Shown here one piece after another: positions 1-9,625 of a stretch of 64,000 nt of DNA. This DNA is from Euryarchaeota archaeon UBA89 (GTDB lineage Archaea; Thermoplasmatota; Poseidoniia; Poseidoniales; Thalassarchaeaceae): positions 12,509 through 76,508 of the forward strand of contig DAFS01000033.1 of the NCBI GenBank assembly GCA_002495525.1, read 5' to 3'. Each line of letters starts with the position of its first letter. Position 1 is the stretch's first letter. The position numbers and the translations under genes are program-made. The notes under the pieces were generated by a model. It saw only the letters and a program-made list of their open reading frames with translations, was not told the DNA's origin and did no database searches.

Positions 1-2
1 TT

Positions 3-140
3 GACCCAATATTTGTTGCAGAACATGCAATTTCAGGAGCTACAGAAGCCGCAATTAGCATCTTAAGGATTGACGATGTGTTGTGGGCAAAAAAGGGACC
101 TGAAACCCCGGATTGGAGTAACCAAATTGAAGATAATTAA
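3..140 (+). CDS. Thermosome (group II chaperonin) subunit, C-terminal fragment truncated by the window edge
   Basis: Manual translation DPIFVAEHAISGATEAAISILRIDDVLWAKKGPETPDWSNQIEDN*; ATEAA..ILRIDD is the chaperonin C-terminal signature. Not in the ORF track. Confidence 0.88.
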   Translation, partial: DPIFVAEHAISGATEAAISILRIDDVLWAKKGPETPDWSNQIEDN

Positions 141-142
141 CA

Positions 143-1096
143 TTATTTTAAGTTGGTAATCATTTCATTAACTATAGATTCTAAATCGAATCTCGATTGC
201 CAATTCCAATCATTTCTTGAGATTTGATCATCTATCGAATCAGGCCATGAATCAGCATAATTTTGGCGTATATCAGGTTTATATTTACAAACAAAATTAG
301 GTAATTTCTTATTTATCTCAAATACTAATTCTTCAGGAGTGAATGAAACTCCAGAAATATTGTATCCACATCGAGATGAACTTAGTGATTCAATGGGTTC
401 GTCCATCAATGATATTGTGGCTCTAATTGCATCATCCATATACATCATTGGGAGACGTGTCTGAGCATTAAGGAAGCAATCATATGTTGATTTCTCTGAA
501 AGTGCTGCATGAAATATATCTACTGCATAATCTGTAGTTCCGCCACTAACAGGTGATTTCCAAGATATTAGACCTGGATATCTGATCCCTCTAACATCTA
601 CTCCATATTTCTCAAAATAAATCATCCCTAAAATTTCACAGTCAACTTTAGTCATTCCATATTTAGTAGTTGGATTTAGAGGTGTTATTTGAGGTGCTTT
701 TCTCGGTGTATCAGGGCCGAATACAGCAATAGAAGATGGGGCAAAAATACGTAGATTAAATTCTCTGGCTGCGTCCAAAATATTTCTCGTACCTTCTAGA
801 TTAATCATTTCACATAAATCTGAATTTTCCTCGCATTTAGCAGAAAGTATTGCAGCCAAGTGGTAAATGATTCTAATTTCTTTTTCGACTACTAATTTGA
901 AAATTTTATCTTTGTCCAATACATCTAGATTTGTATATGGGCCGTTTTCGATACATGGATGGCCTTGTTTTTCTCTAATATCTGTGGCAATAACAGTTTC
1001 AGAACCATGAATATCCCTTAACGATTGTACTAAGTCAGTACCAATTTGACCAAGGGCTCCTGTGACCAATATTCGACCGCCCTCGTGTCCGACCAT
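143..1096 (-). CDS. tdh: L-threonine 3-dehydrogenase, extended SDR (GalE-like) type
   Basis: GALGQIG Rossmann motif, HLAAILSA, PSSIAVFG, YGMTK (YxxxK), RYPGLIS, GGTTDYAVDIF, LPMMYMDDA. ATG at 1096 preferred. Confidence 0.85.
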   Translation of the reverse strand: MVGHEGGRILVTGALGQIGTDLVQSLRDIHGSETVIATDIREKQGHPCIENGPYTNLDVLDKDKIFKLVVEKEIRIIYHLAAILSAKCEENSDLCEMINLEGTRNILDAAREFNLRIFAPSSIAVFGPDTPRKAPQITPLNPTTKYGMTKVDCEILGMIYFEKYGVDVRGIRYPGLISWKSPVSGGTTDYAVDIFHAALSEKSTYDCFLNAQTRLPMMYMDDAIRATISLMDEPIESLSSSRCGYNISGVSFTPEELVFEINKKLPNFVCKYKPDIRQNYADSWPDSIDDQISRNDWNWQSRFDLESIVNEMITNLK

Positions 1097-1119
1097 AGAC
1101 AACCGAAGAGAAGGAGATA

Positions 1120-1159
1120 CTTAGACTTAGCAAACATAGTTTTTTGGACTAAGTCTAAG
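1120..1159. repeat. Perfect 11-bp inverted repeat CTTAGACTTAG-N18-CTAAGTCTAAG in the divergent tdh/pyrG intergenic region
   Basis: Arms read directly at 1120-1130 and 1149-1159. Confidence 0.85.
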
Positions 1160-1205
1160 GAATGTTCATAGGCGAGGTATGTTGGCTTCAAACCCCGTTG
1201 ATTGA

Positions 1206-2861
1206 ATGAAGTATGTTGTTGTCACGGGAGGCGTCCTATCTGGACTTGGTAAAGGGATAACAGCGAGTAGCATAGGTGTATTGCTAAAATCCGCAGGACT
1301 GAGCGTCACTTCTGTGAAGATTGATCCGTACCTCAATTGTGATGCAGGGACTATGTCACCATTCGAACATGGCGAAGTATATGTTTTGGATGATGGCGGC
1401 GAAGTTGACTTGGATTTAGGAAACTATGAAAGATTTTTAGATATCTCTCTTACCAAGGACCATAATATAACCACTGGAAAAGTCTACAAATCTGTTATTG
1501 AGAGGGAGAGGAAAGGAGATTATTTGGGAAAAACAGTACAAGTAATCCCACATATCACAAATGAAATTCAAGAATGGATAGAAAGAGTAGCTAATACACC
1601 AAGTGATGGATCAAATAGTACTCCAGATGCTTGTGTAATTGAATTGGGGGGGACTGTAGGAGATATTGAAAGTGCACCATTCATAGAGGCATTGAGACAA
1701 TTTCAATTTAGAGTTGGGAAAGAGAATATTTGCTTTGTGCATGTAAGTTTAGTTCCTGTGATGGGGCCAGTGGGTGAACAGAAAACCAAACCTACTCAAC
1801 ATACTGTGAAAGAGCTAAGAGGACTAGGAATTATCCCTGATATTCTCGTTTGTAGATCCGAAAATCCATTAGATGATGAGACAAGAGAAAAGTTAGCTGC
1901 TTTTTGTCATGTGCCTCCAGGTGCAGTTGTTTCAGCTCATGATGTATCGAACATATATCGAATTCCGATTCTTTTAGATGAACAAGGAGTGAGTAATGTA
2001 CTTTCTAATGAAATAAATTTTGATTTACCTGACTCGAGACCCCTACTAGATGATTGGATAAAAATGGCTGAAACTGTAGATAATCTCGAGGAAGTTGTAA
2101 AAATTGCAATGGTAGGTAAGTATACTGGACTTTCTGATTCGTATCTTAGTGTCATCAAAGCACTACAACATTCATCATTTGAAGTAAATCGTAAACTTGA
2201 GATTAATTGGATAGAGGCAGAAAATTTAGATGAAAAAATAAAGAAAGAAAGTCTTGAAAAATATACAGAAGCATGGGATATCCTAAAGAATTCTGATGGA
2301 ATCCTAGTTCCAGGAGGTTTTGGAATTAGGGGAATTGAGGGGAAGATAAAAGCCGCAGAATATGCTAGAGTGAATAAAATACCATATCTAGGAGTATGTT
2401 TAGGTTTACAAATAGCGACTATTGAGTTCTGTAGGAATGTGTTAGGTATGGAAAATGCAAACTCTACAGAATTTGATGAGAATACTCCACAACCAGCAGT
2501 AGTATTCATGCCAGAGATATCAAAGACACATATGGGCGGTACGATGAGATTGGGCACAAAACCAACGCCATTCTTAGTAGATGATTGTAAAATAAAAAGA
2601 CTCTATGGGAATCAATCTTATGTCGATGAAAGACACCGTCATAGATACGAAGTGAATCCGAAATTAATATCTAAAATTGAAAATGCAGGATTGATCTATG
2701 TAGGTAAAGATGAAACAGGTCAAAGGTGTGAAATTATGGAGTTAGAAGATCATCCATATTACGTAGGGACACAATATCATCCTGAATTTAAATCAAGGCC
2801 AGGTAGACCCAGCCCTCCTTTTTTAGGGCTCTTAATGGCTTCAATAGGACAAAAAATTTGA
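1206..2861 (+). CDS. pyrG: CTP synthase
   Basis: [33 protein letters not shown]; GATase motifs [22 protein letters not shown]. Confidence 0.99.
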   Translation: MKYVVVTGGVLSGLGKGITASSIGVLLKSAGLSVTSVKIDPYLNCDAGTMSPFEHGEVYVLDDGGEVDLDLGNYERFLDISLTKDHNITTGKVYKSVIERERKGDYLGKTVQVIPHITNEIQEWIERVANTPSDGSNSTPDACVIELGGTVGDIESAPFIEALRQFQFRVGKENICFVHVSLVPVMGPVGEQKTKPTQHTVKELRGLGIIPDILVCRSENPLDDETREKLAAFCHVPPGAVVSAHDVSNIYRIPILLDEQGVSNVLSNEINFDLPDSRPLLDDWIKMAETVDNLEEVVKIAMVGKYTGLSDSYLSVIKALQHSSFEVNRKLEINWIEAENLDEKIKKESLEKYTEAWDILKNSDGILVPGGFGIRGIEGKIKAAEYARVNKIPYLGVCLGLQIATIEFCRNVLGMENANSTEFDENTPQPAVVFMPEISKTHMGGTMRLGTKPTPFLVDDCKIKRLYGNQSYVDERHRHRYEVNPKLISKIENAGLIYVGKDETGQRCEIMELEDHPYYVGTQYHPEFKSRPGRPSPPFLGLLMASIGQKI

Positions 2862-2862
2862 A

Positions 2863-4008
2863 TCAATCGACAATTATGGGTAGAACTCTAGTGGTTCTGT
2901 AACCTTGCAGTACTTTCATATATTTCTTCTTAGAAAAATTTTCATCTAATTTTTTATCCCCAGTTTCTATTCGCAGACGACGAACTGAAATTAATTTGGC
3001 AGGAGTAACTACGCCCAATATTTCATCAATTGATATCTTTCTTAGAACACTTGGAGATAATTGTAAATTACCCCTACCAATAAGAAAACCTTGACCTCCC
3101 ATTGGAGAAAGAAGCAAAGTTACTTCGCCTTTGTGTGAAGATAGAATCTCAATCAGTTGTTCTTCATTAAGATCCGTTCCTATCTGCTTATTTCCTAATG
3201 TGGCATCGATTCCTAGCACTGTACCTTCAAATCCTATCATATTCGAGATTGTTCTTAATGTCCCACCTGAACCCCAAATAATGAGTCTTTGTTCATCTAT
3301 CAATAACTCTCGGATATGGTCGGCAAGTCCTTCAATAATTTCTTCTTCACCTGTTGCCTCTACTCGCATTTTAGCGCCTTGCATCCATCTTGGTGATGCT
3401 GGTGTTTTAACTTCAGCATACAATCTAACCACCCATTCACCATTACGATACTTATCTTCATCTAAATCAAGAACTTCTGTGCTAGATAACAATAGTTCCC
3501 CATTCATCCATGATGAAAGTACTTCAGCTCCTGCTTTGGGAGATGAAGCAAAGCATCCAGAATGCATCTTTACACCACATGGAATACCAATAACCGGTAT
3601 TATTGATTTTTTGAGAGAATCTAATGTAGATACTATATCTCTCGTAGTTCCGTCACCACCTGCATATAGTATCAAATCTACCTTTGAATCTATTAGTAGA
3701 GATACCAATTCGAATGTATCAGATTGAGTTGTAGTTCCAGAAGATTCATGAATAAAATTAAAATTACCAATTGATATATCGTTGGGCATCCATTCACTAC
3801 CCATTCTACCTTTACTTGTATACCATTGAATCTCTTGTTTATCATCGTAAATTTTACTAAAATATTTTAGCGCATCTCTTACTCTTGGACCTGCTCTATC
3901 TTTTGCACCCATTGAACGCGCATATTTTGCTTGGCCATCAGAGCCCTTGAGTCCTAATCTACCACCTAAACCAGCATCAGGATTCACAAGTAAGCCGATA
4001 CGAACCAT
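2863..4008 (-). CDS. ATP-NAD kinase family protein (COG3199-like)
   Basis: NPDAGLGGRLGLKGSDG, AGGDGTTRD, GIPCGVKMHSG, GGQGFLIGRGNLQ. Confidence 0.85.
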   Translation of the reverse strand: MVRIGLLVNPDAGLGGRLGLKGSDGQAKYARSMGAKDRAGPRVRDALKYFSKIYDDKQEIQWYTSKGRMGSEWMPNDISIGNFNFIHESSGTTTQSDTFELVSLLIDSKVDLILYAGGDGTTRDIVSTLDSLKKSIIPVIGIPCGVKMHSGCFASSPKAGAEVLSSWMNGELLLSSTEVLDLDEDKYRNGEWVVRLYAEVKTPASPRWMQGAKMRVEATGEEEIIEGLADHIRELLIDEQRLIIWGSGGTLRTISNMIGFEGTVLGIDATLGNKQIGTDLNEEQLIEILSSHKGEVTLLLSPMGGQGFLIGRGNLQLSPSVLRKISIDEILGVVTPAKLISVRRLRIETGDKKLDENFSKKKYMKVLQGYRTTRVLPIIVD

Positions 4009-4060
4009 GTTACTCGCAAAGGGCGTGTGTTAAAATCAATACAGCCTATGGGTTTACTGT

Positions 4061-4969
4061 ATGCGCATCGTAATTGCACTCGGTGGAAATGCTCTTCTTC
4101 GTAGAGGAGAGAAGATGACTGCAGATAATCAAAGAGAAAATATCAGAATTGCAGCGAGAGCTTTAGCACCAATAATCGAGGAGCATGAAGTAGTGATTAG
4201 TCATGGAAATGGACCTCAGGTAGGTCTTCTCTCATTACAGTCAGCCGCTTACAAAGAAGTTGAAGAGTACCCACTCGATATCTTAGGAGCACAGACTCAA
4301 GGTATGATTGGTTATATGATTGAGCAAGAATTGGGTAATTTACTACCAATCGGAAAACCTATTGCATCTATTCTAACAATGGTAGAAATAGATCCTGAAG
4401 ACCCAGCCTTTTCAAATCCTACAAAACCTATTGGACCTGTGTATTCAGAGAAAGAAGCTAGACAATTAGCAGAAAATAAAGGCTGGGATATTAAACAAGA
4501 TGGAAAATATTGGAGAAGAGTTGTTCCTTCACCCGAACCTCATCGAATTTTTGAATTGAGACCTATACATTGGTTATTGGAAAAGGGAACTGTAGTAATA
4601 TGTGCTGGCGGAGGAGGAATCCCTACTTCTTATGTTAAAAAAGGTAAATTAGAAGGTGTTGAGGTAGTAATAGATAAAGATAGAGCCAGTTCTTTACTGG
4701 CTTTTGAATTAGATGCTGACTTACTAATTATGGCTACTGATACAGACGGAGTATATACTGATTGGGGAGGAGATTCACAAGAAATTATTTCAAAAACAAC
4801 ACCCGAAGAAATAGGCCAATATACATTTGATAAAGGCTCAATGGGGCCAAAAGTTGAGGCTGCCTGTACCTTTGTTGAACGCTCAGGGCAGAGAGCGGTA
4901 ATTGGCTCCCTAAATGACTTAAAGAAAATGGTGGATAACTTAGCGGGAACACAATTTACACTGGAATAA
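4061..4969 (+). CDS. arcC: Carbamate kinase
   Basis: [48 protein letters not shown]. Confidence 0.97.
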   Translation: MRIVIALGGNALLRRGEKMTADNQRENIRIAARALAPIIEEHEVVISHGNGPQVGLLSLQSAAYKEVEEYPLDILGAQTQGMIGYMIEQELGNLLPIGKPIASILTMVEIDPEDPAFSNPTKPIGPVYSEKEARQLAENKGWDIKQDGKYWRRVVPSPEPHRIFELRPIHWLLEKGTVVICAGGGGIPTSYVKKGKLEGVEVVIDKDRASSLLAFELDADLLIMATDTDGVYTDWGGDSQEIISKTTPEEIGQYTFDKGSMGPKVEAACTFVERSGQRAVIGSLNDLKKMVDNLAGTQFTLE

Positions 4970-5044
4970 CATTTAGATTTGTAAATTAATAAGCAAGGTA
5001 TTCATATCATTGTTGTGACGGGATAGATTACGGAGACCCAGTCT

Positions 5045-7009
5045 ATGTCGATGATTGAAGTACAAATCAATGATAAAGAAACACATCAATATGCTTCTGG
5101 AATTACTGCTGGAGATATCTTACTAAATGTATATGGGAAAAGAAATGGTGCTGTTGCGGCAAATATTAATGGCGTAGAAAGAGATATGTCATTTATAATT
5201 AATGAAAATTGTAAAATTGAGCCTATTTTAGGCGATTCAGAAGAAGGATTGTATATTCTAAGGCATTCTTGTGCACATTTACTTGCGCAGGCTGTTGTTG
5301 AAATGTTCCCAGATGCTAAGCCTACGATTGGACCACCGATTGAACATGGATTCTACTATGACTTTCATATGAAGCCTATTGGAGATAACGATCTCAAGAA
5401 AATTGAGAAAAGAATGGGGCAACTTGTACGAGAAAATATTACCATCCAAAGAGAAGAACATGAGAATAATGATTTGAGGGAAATGTTCAAAGAAAATAAA
5501 TTCAAGATAGAAATTATGGATGAGAAAATTGGAAATGAAGTTGGTTCAACTGCTTACAGGCAAGGTGATTTTGTAGATCTTTGCAGAGGTCCGCATGTTC
5601 CATCGACTTCTCACCTTAGGTGGTTCAAGCTAACAAGTACAAGTCAAGCATATTGGCGCGCGGATAGGAATAGAGAACCTCTGACACGTATTTATGGAAT
5701 GTGTTATTCTAGCAAAGAAGGTTTGAAAGAGAGACAAAGACAAATTGAAGAAGCTAGTAAAAGAGATCATAAAAAAATCGGGAAAGAAATGGAACTTTAC
5801 ATGATTGACGAAATGATTGGTAAAGGATTACCGGTTTGGCTACCAAATGGCGAAGTTTTAAAGTCAGAAATAGAAAAATATGCTTTAGAAACTGAGGATA
5901 GATATGGATATGATAGAGTAACAACTCCAGTCCTGGCTAAGAAAGAATTATTTGAGTGCAGCGGGCATCTTCCTCATTATGCAGAAGGGATGTATCCACC
6001 AATGGAAATGGATGATGGGACATATTACCTAAAAGCTATGAATTGTCCAATGCATCATTTAGTCTTTAGTAACAAAAAGAGGTCATATAGAGAACTCCCA
6101 TTGAGAATTGCAGAATATGGGACAGTATATAGAAATGAAATGTCTGGCACTTTAGCGGGTCTATTAAGAGTTAGAATGTTATCAATGAATGATGCGCATA
6201 TTTACTGTACTCTTGAACAAGTTGGACAAGAAGTTGCAAGTAATATCAAAATGGTTCAAGATTACTATTCCTCATTTGGATTCGAGAATTATCATTTCCG
6301 ATTATCTCTTTGGGATCCTGAAAATACTGACAAATACATTGAGCAACCTGAAAACTGGAATTCAACACAAGATCATCTAAGGAAAATTCTGAATGAGCTG
6401 GGAGTACCCTATATTGAAGCAATTGGCGAGGCTGCATTCTATGGCCCTAAAATTGATATTCAGTTTACAACTGCGTTAGGAAGAGAAGAATCAATGTCAA
6501 CAATACAACTAGATTTTGCTGCTAAGGAGCGTTTTCAACTAACATATAAAGATGAGAATGGAGAAGAAAATGGAGAAGTATTTGTGATTCACAGGGCACC
6601 ACTATCGACTCATGAAAGATTTGTCGCATTCCTAACAGAACATTGGGCAGGAAACTTTCCAACTTGGCTGTCTCCAAAGCAAATCCAGATAATAACAATT
6701 TCAGAAAAACAAAAGCAGTATGCTAAGGAAGTTGAGGAATCTTTGATAGAAATCGGGGTCAGAGTATCTGTCGACGATTCGGATGCAACTATTGGGAAAA
6801 AAATTCGTATGCATAGAAAAATGCGCCCCGCATATATGTTAATTCTTGGTGAAGATGAACAAAAGGAAAAGACTGTTTCAATTAGAATAGACCGGAAAGG
6901 AGAGCCGAGAAGTGGTGAACAATGCAATGGTGTACCTCTAAACGAATTTTTAGAAAATTTATCTAAGGAGATTTCCTCGAAAAGTAAAGATTTATCATTA
7001 GTAAAATGA
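5045..7009 (+). CDS. thrS: Threonine--tRNA ligase, bacterial type (TGS plus editing domain)
   Basis: RHSCAH, DLCRGPH, RDHKKIG, MNCP, YRNE, AAFYGPKID, IHRA, ERF. Confidence 0.98.
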   Translation: MSMIEVQINDKETHQYASGITAGDILLNVYGKRNGAVAANINGVERDMSFIINENCKIEPILGDSEEGLYILRHSCAHLLAQAVVEMFPDAKPTIGPPIEHGFYYDFHMKPIGDNDLKKIEKRMGQLVRENITIQREEHENNDLREMFKENKFKIEIMDEKIGNEVGSTAYRQGDFVDLCRGPHVPSTSHLRWFKLTSTSQAYWRADRNREPLTRIYGMCYSSKEGLKERQRQIEEASKRDHKKIGKEMELYMIDEMIGKGLPVWLPNGEVLKSEIEKYALETEDRYGYDRVTTPVLAKKELFECSGHLPHYAEGMYPPMEMDDGTYYLKAMNCPMHHLVFSNKKRSYRELPLRIAEYGTVYRNEMSGTLAGLLRVRMLSMNDAHIYCTLEQVGQEVASNIKMVQDYYSSFGFENYHFRLSLWDPENTDKYIEQPENWNSTQDHLRKILNELGVPYIEAIGEAAFYGPKIDIQFTTALGREESMSTIQLDFAAKERFQLTYKDENGEENGEVFVIHRAPLSTHERFVAFLTEHWAGNFPTWLSPKQIQIITISEKQKQYAKEVEESLIEIGVRVSVDDSDATIGKKIRMHRKMRPAYMLILGEDEQKEKTVSIRIDRKGEPRSGEQCNGVPLNEFLENLSKEISSKSKDLSLVK

Positions 7010-7024
7010 TACTGAGGGTTTACA

Positions 7025-7858
7025 ATGGAAAGTAAAGAAATCGTAAACATTGCAGGTTATCGATTTGTGGATTTGGTTGACAGGGATGAATTAAGACAAC
7101 CATTCAGGTTTATTTGTGAAAAGCTAAATCTTAAAGGAACTATTTTACTAAGTAAAAATGGAATAAATTTCTTTCTTGCAGGGGAAAAAGAAGATATTGA
7201 TTCTTATATTAAATTCCTAGAATCTGATGAAAGATTCTTAGATATACCTCTAAAAATAAGTTATACAGATTATCAACCATTTCGAAGAATGCTTGTCAGA
7301 CTCAAGAAAGAAATTATTTCATTAGGGTTAGATGAAGTAAGACCATCTGAGTTCACTGCCCCTAATATCAGTCCTCGAGATTTCAAGAATATGTTAGATA
7401 AGAATGAAGATGTAATCATTTTAGATACAAGGAATGATTATGAAACCAAAGTGGGATTATTTGAAAATGCAATAGATTTAAATTTATCTACATTCAGAGA
7501 TTTTCCAGATGCTATTTCTCACTTACCTGAAGAATATAAAACGAAAGAAATAGTAATGTATTGTACTGGAGGAATAAGATGTGAAAAAGCATCAGTAGTA
7601 ATGATGAATGCTGGTTTCGAGAAGGTGAAACAATTAGAAGGAGGAGTTCTAGGATACTTTGAACAAACCGACGGCTCTTATTGGAAAGGAGATTGCTTTG
7701 TTTTCGACCAAAGAGTAGCAGTTGATAGCGAATTAAAAGAAACAGAATATTCAATGTGTTTTGCCTGTAGAGAACCGCTTACAGAACAAGAAAAGATATC
7801 TAAAAATTATAAATTGAATTCTTATTGCCCATATTGTATAGAGAAAAATAAACCTTAG
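7025..7858 (+). CDS. trhO: Rhodanese-domain protein of the UPF0176 / tRNA U34 hydroxylase TrhO family
   Basis: LKGTILL..GIN, KKEIISLG, DTRNDYE..G.F, MYCTGGIRCEKAS, QLEGG, WKGDCFVFDQR, C-terminal CxxC...CPYC. Confidence 0.82.
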   Translation: MESKEIVNIAGYRFVDLVDRDELRQPFRFICEKLNLKGTILLSKNGINFFLAGEKEDIDSYIKFLESDERFLDIPLKISYTDYQPFRRMLVRLKKEIISLGLDEVRPSEFTAPNISPRDFKNMLDKNEDVIILDTRNDYETKVGLFENAIDLNLSTFRDFPDAISHLPEEYKTKEIVMYCTGGIRCEKASVVMMNAGFEKVKQLEGGVLGYFEQTDGSYWKGDCFVFDQRVAVDSELKETEYSMCFACREPLTEQEKISKNYKLNSYCPYCIEKNKP

Positions 7859-9573
7859 ATTCTTCTTCTAAGATTCTCGATAATTTCATCAGTCTTTCCT
7901 AATGAAGAAAGTGTTGAATCTATATCACCCTCATCTAAAAATCTCTTAGATTCAGAAATTTTCCTTTCAGCGTTTATCCGCATAGGATCATTAACTTTAA
8001 CACTGGAAGAATCGAGTTTTTTCCTTAAATCAATCCATTCACTTTCTACAAATGAATATAATTCCAGGGCTTCTGATTTTGATTTTTCATATTTTTGAAG
8101 ATTTTTAGTTAGTGTTTCTAGAAGATCAGATGCTTCAACCCAGTGTTCTAAGTTGACTTTAGTTTCAATATTTTCTAATTGATTTTTCCATTCTTCACCA
8201 GATGGCCCAGAAGGGAAACTCGCAACTAGTTTTTTCCTCTGTCTAAGACCTCGTTGCACATTCTGCATCGATTCAGATATCTTGTTTATATCTCGGAGAA
8301 TACTTGTTGCTAATCCTTTAGCAAGAGAAGAATTACCCGATTCTAGTGCAATCTTTGATTCCACTAGTCTTTCTTTTGTACTTACTGAAAAACTACCACC
8401 TACATCTTGAATCGCCTTCTCAGCTTCAATAATTGCTTCTTTAGCCTCTATCGTAGTAGATTCTAAACTTTCAAGATGGCCGGAAACTGAAGAAGCAATT
8501 TTTATTGCTTCTTCGGGGTTTTCTGACTCGAGTGCTTCCTTGGCAGAATCGATTATACTATTTATCGAGTCTAATTGGACTCCCGTAACAGTAGAAATTA
8601 ATTCTTCGGCGCTTGCTATTTTATCACTCGCATTTTGCCAGTGTTGAATAATTATCTCCGACCTCTTTTTTGATAGTCGAAAAAGTATCTCAGCCTCTCT
8701 TAAAGAACCAAAATCCGATTCTTTTTGCCCAGATTCAAATGCTTTCCTTGGACCATGAATACCAGGAGCAATGGATTCAGCTTTCTTCATGAAAAGATGT
8801 GTTTCTTGTTTAATTTCACCTAAATCTTTGGCCAAAGATTTGACTCTTTCAATTTCTTCTTCTGCAAGTAAAATTGCTGCAATACCCTTCTCAGGTTCAT
8901 TCCAACATTCTTCTCTTGCTTTCTTCAATATTGATGAGGCTTGCTCAAGCGAGATTCCCTGACTTCGTAAAAATAGGACCTGTTCCTCAACTAAATCAAG
9001 TTTCTTGATAAAATCTTTTCTAGATTTATGATTTTCGTCCTTAGATGCCAAATCTGGTATCATTGTAATTAGTATACAGGTAAAAACAATCATATAAATT
9101 TGTATTTCTGATGAAATAGAATACATTACTGATGCTGAAAAGGCAAGACCAAGAATACTAGTTAATCCTCTCCATTTCCTAGATGAATGAGTCTTTGATA
9201 GATTTTTCTTAGCAATGAACCATAGAAAAATAGCCAATAAGAGATAAATAGAACCTGAAATTAAAATATCATTGAATTTAAGATTAGAGAGTGATAATGC
9301 TAGCAAACAAGGGTAAGAAATATTAGCAATAACGCCTATCCTAGATTTCTGAATCAAACCATAGTCAATCAAGTCGATTATAACTAACGAAGAGATAAAT
9401 ATTAATGAAATTGGCCCTAATCGAGACAAAAGATCAGGAGCCCCAAACAAGCCTGAAAATAACCACCATGATGCAGAAAATATTAGTAAAAAAGTAACTG
9501 ATAATGCTATTCTCTCAACTCTTATTCGATGCTCGCGAATTACGCGATCAGGGTAGTCGGGCAGTAGAATCAC
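7855..9573 (-). CDS. Hypothetical membrane protein: about 6 N-terminal TM helices plus a ~390-aa helical/coiled-coil domain
   Basis: Hydrophobic first ~175 aa, then E/K/A/L-rich helical repeats; 572-aa ORF with GTG start. Confidence 0.75.
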   Translation of the reverse strand: MILLPDYPDRVIREHRIRVERIALSVTFLLIFSASWWLFSGLFGAPDLLSRLGPISLIFISSLVIIDLIDYGLIQKSRIGVIANISYPCLLALSLSNLKFNDILISGSIYLLLAIFLWFIAKKNLSKTHSSRKWRGLTSILGLAFSASVMYSISSEIQIYMIVFTCILITMIPDLASKDENHKSRKDFIKKLDLVEEQVLFLRSQGISLEQASSILKKAREECWNEPEKGIAAILLAEEEIERVKSLAKDLGEIKQETHLFMKKAESIAPGIHGPRKAFESGQKESDFGSLREAEILFRLSKKRSEIIIQHWQNASDKIASAEELISTVTGVQLDSINSIIDSAKEALESENPEEAIKIASSVSGHLESLESTTIEAKEAIIEAEKAIQDVGGSFSVSTKERLVESKIALESGNSSLAKGLATSILRDINKISESMQNVQRGLRQRKKLVASFPSGPSGEEWKNQLENIETKVNLEHWVEASDLLETLTKNLQKYEKSKSEALELYSFVESEWIDLRKKLDSSSVKVNDPMRINAERKISESKRFLDEGDIDSTLSSLGKTDEIIENLRRRI

Positions 9574-9625
9574 AGTATTTCACCATATGTTATGACTCAT
9601 GAGTTCTGCGGATATATGTCTCAAA

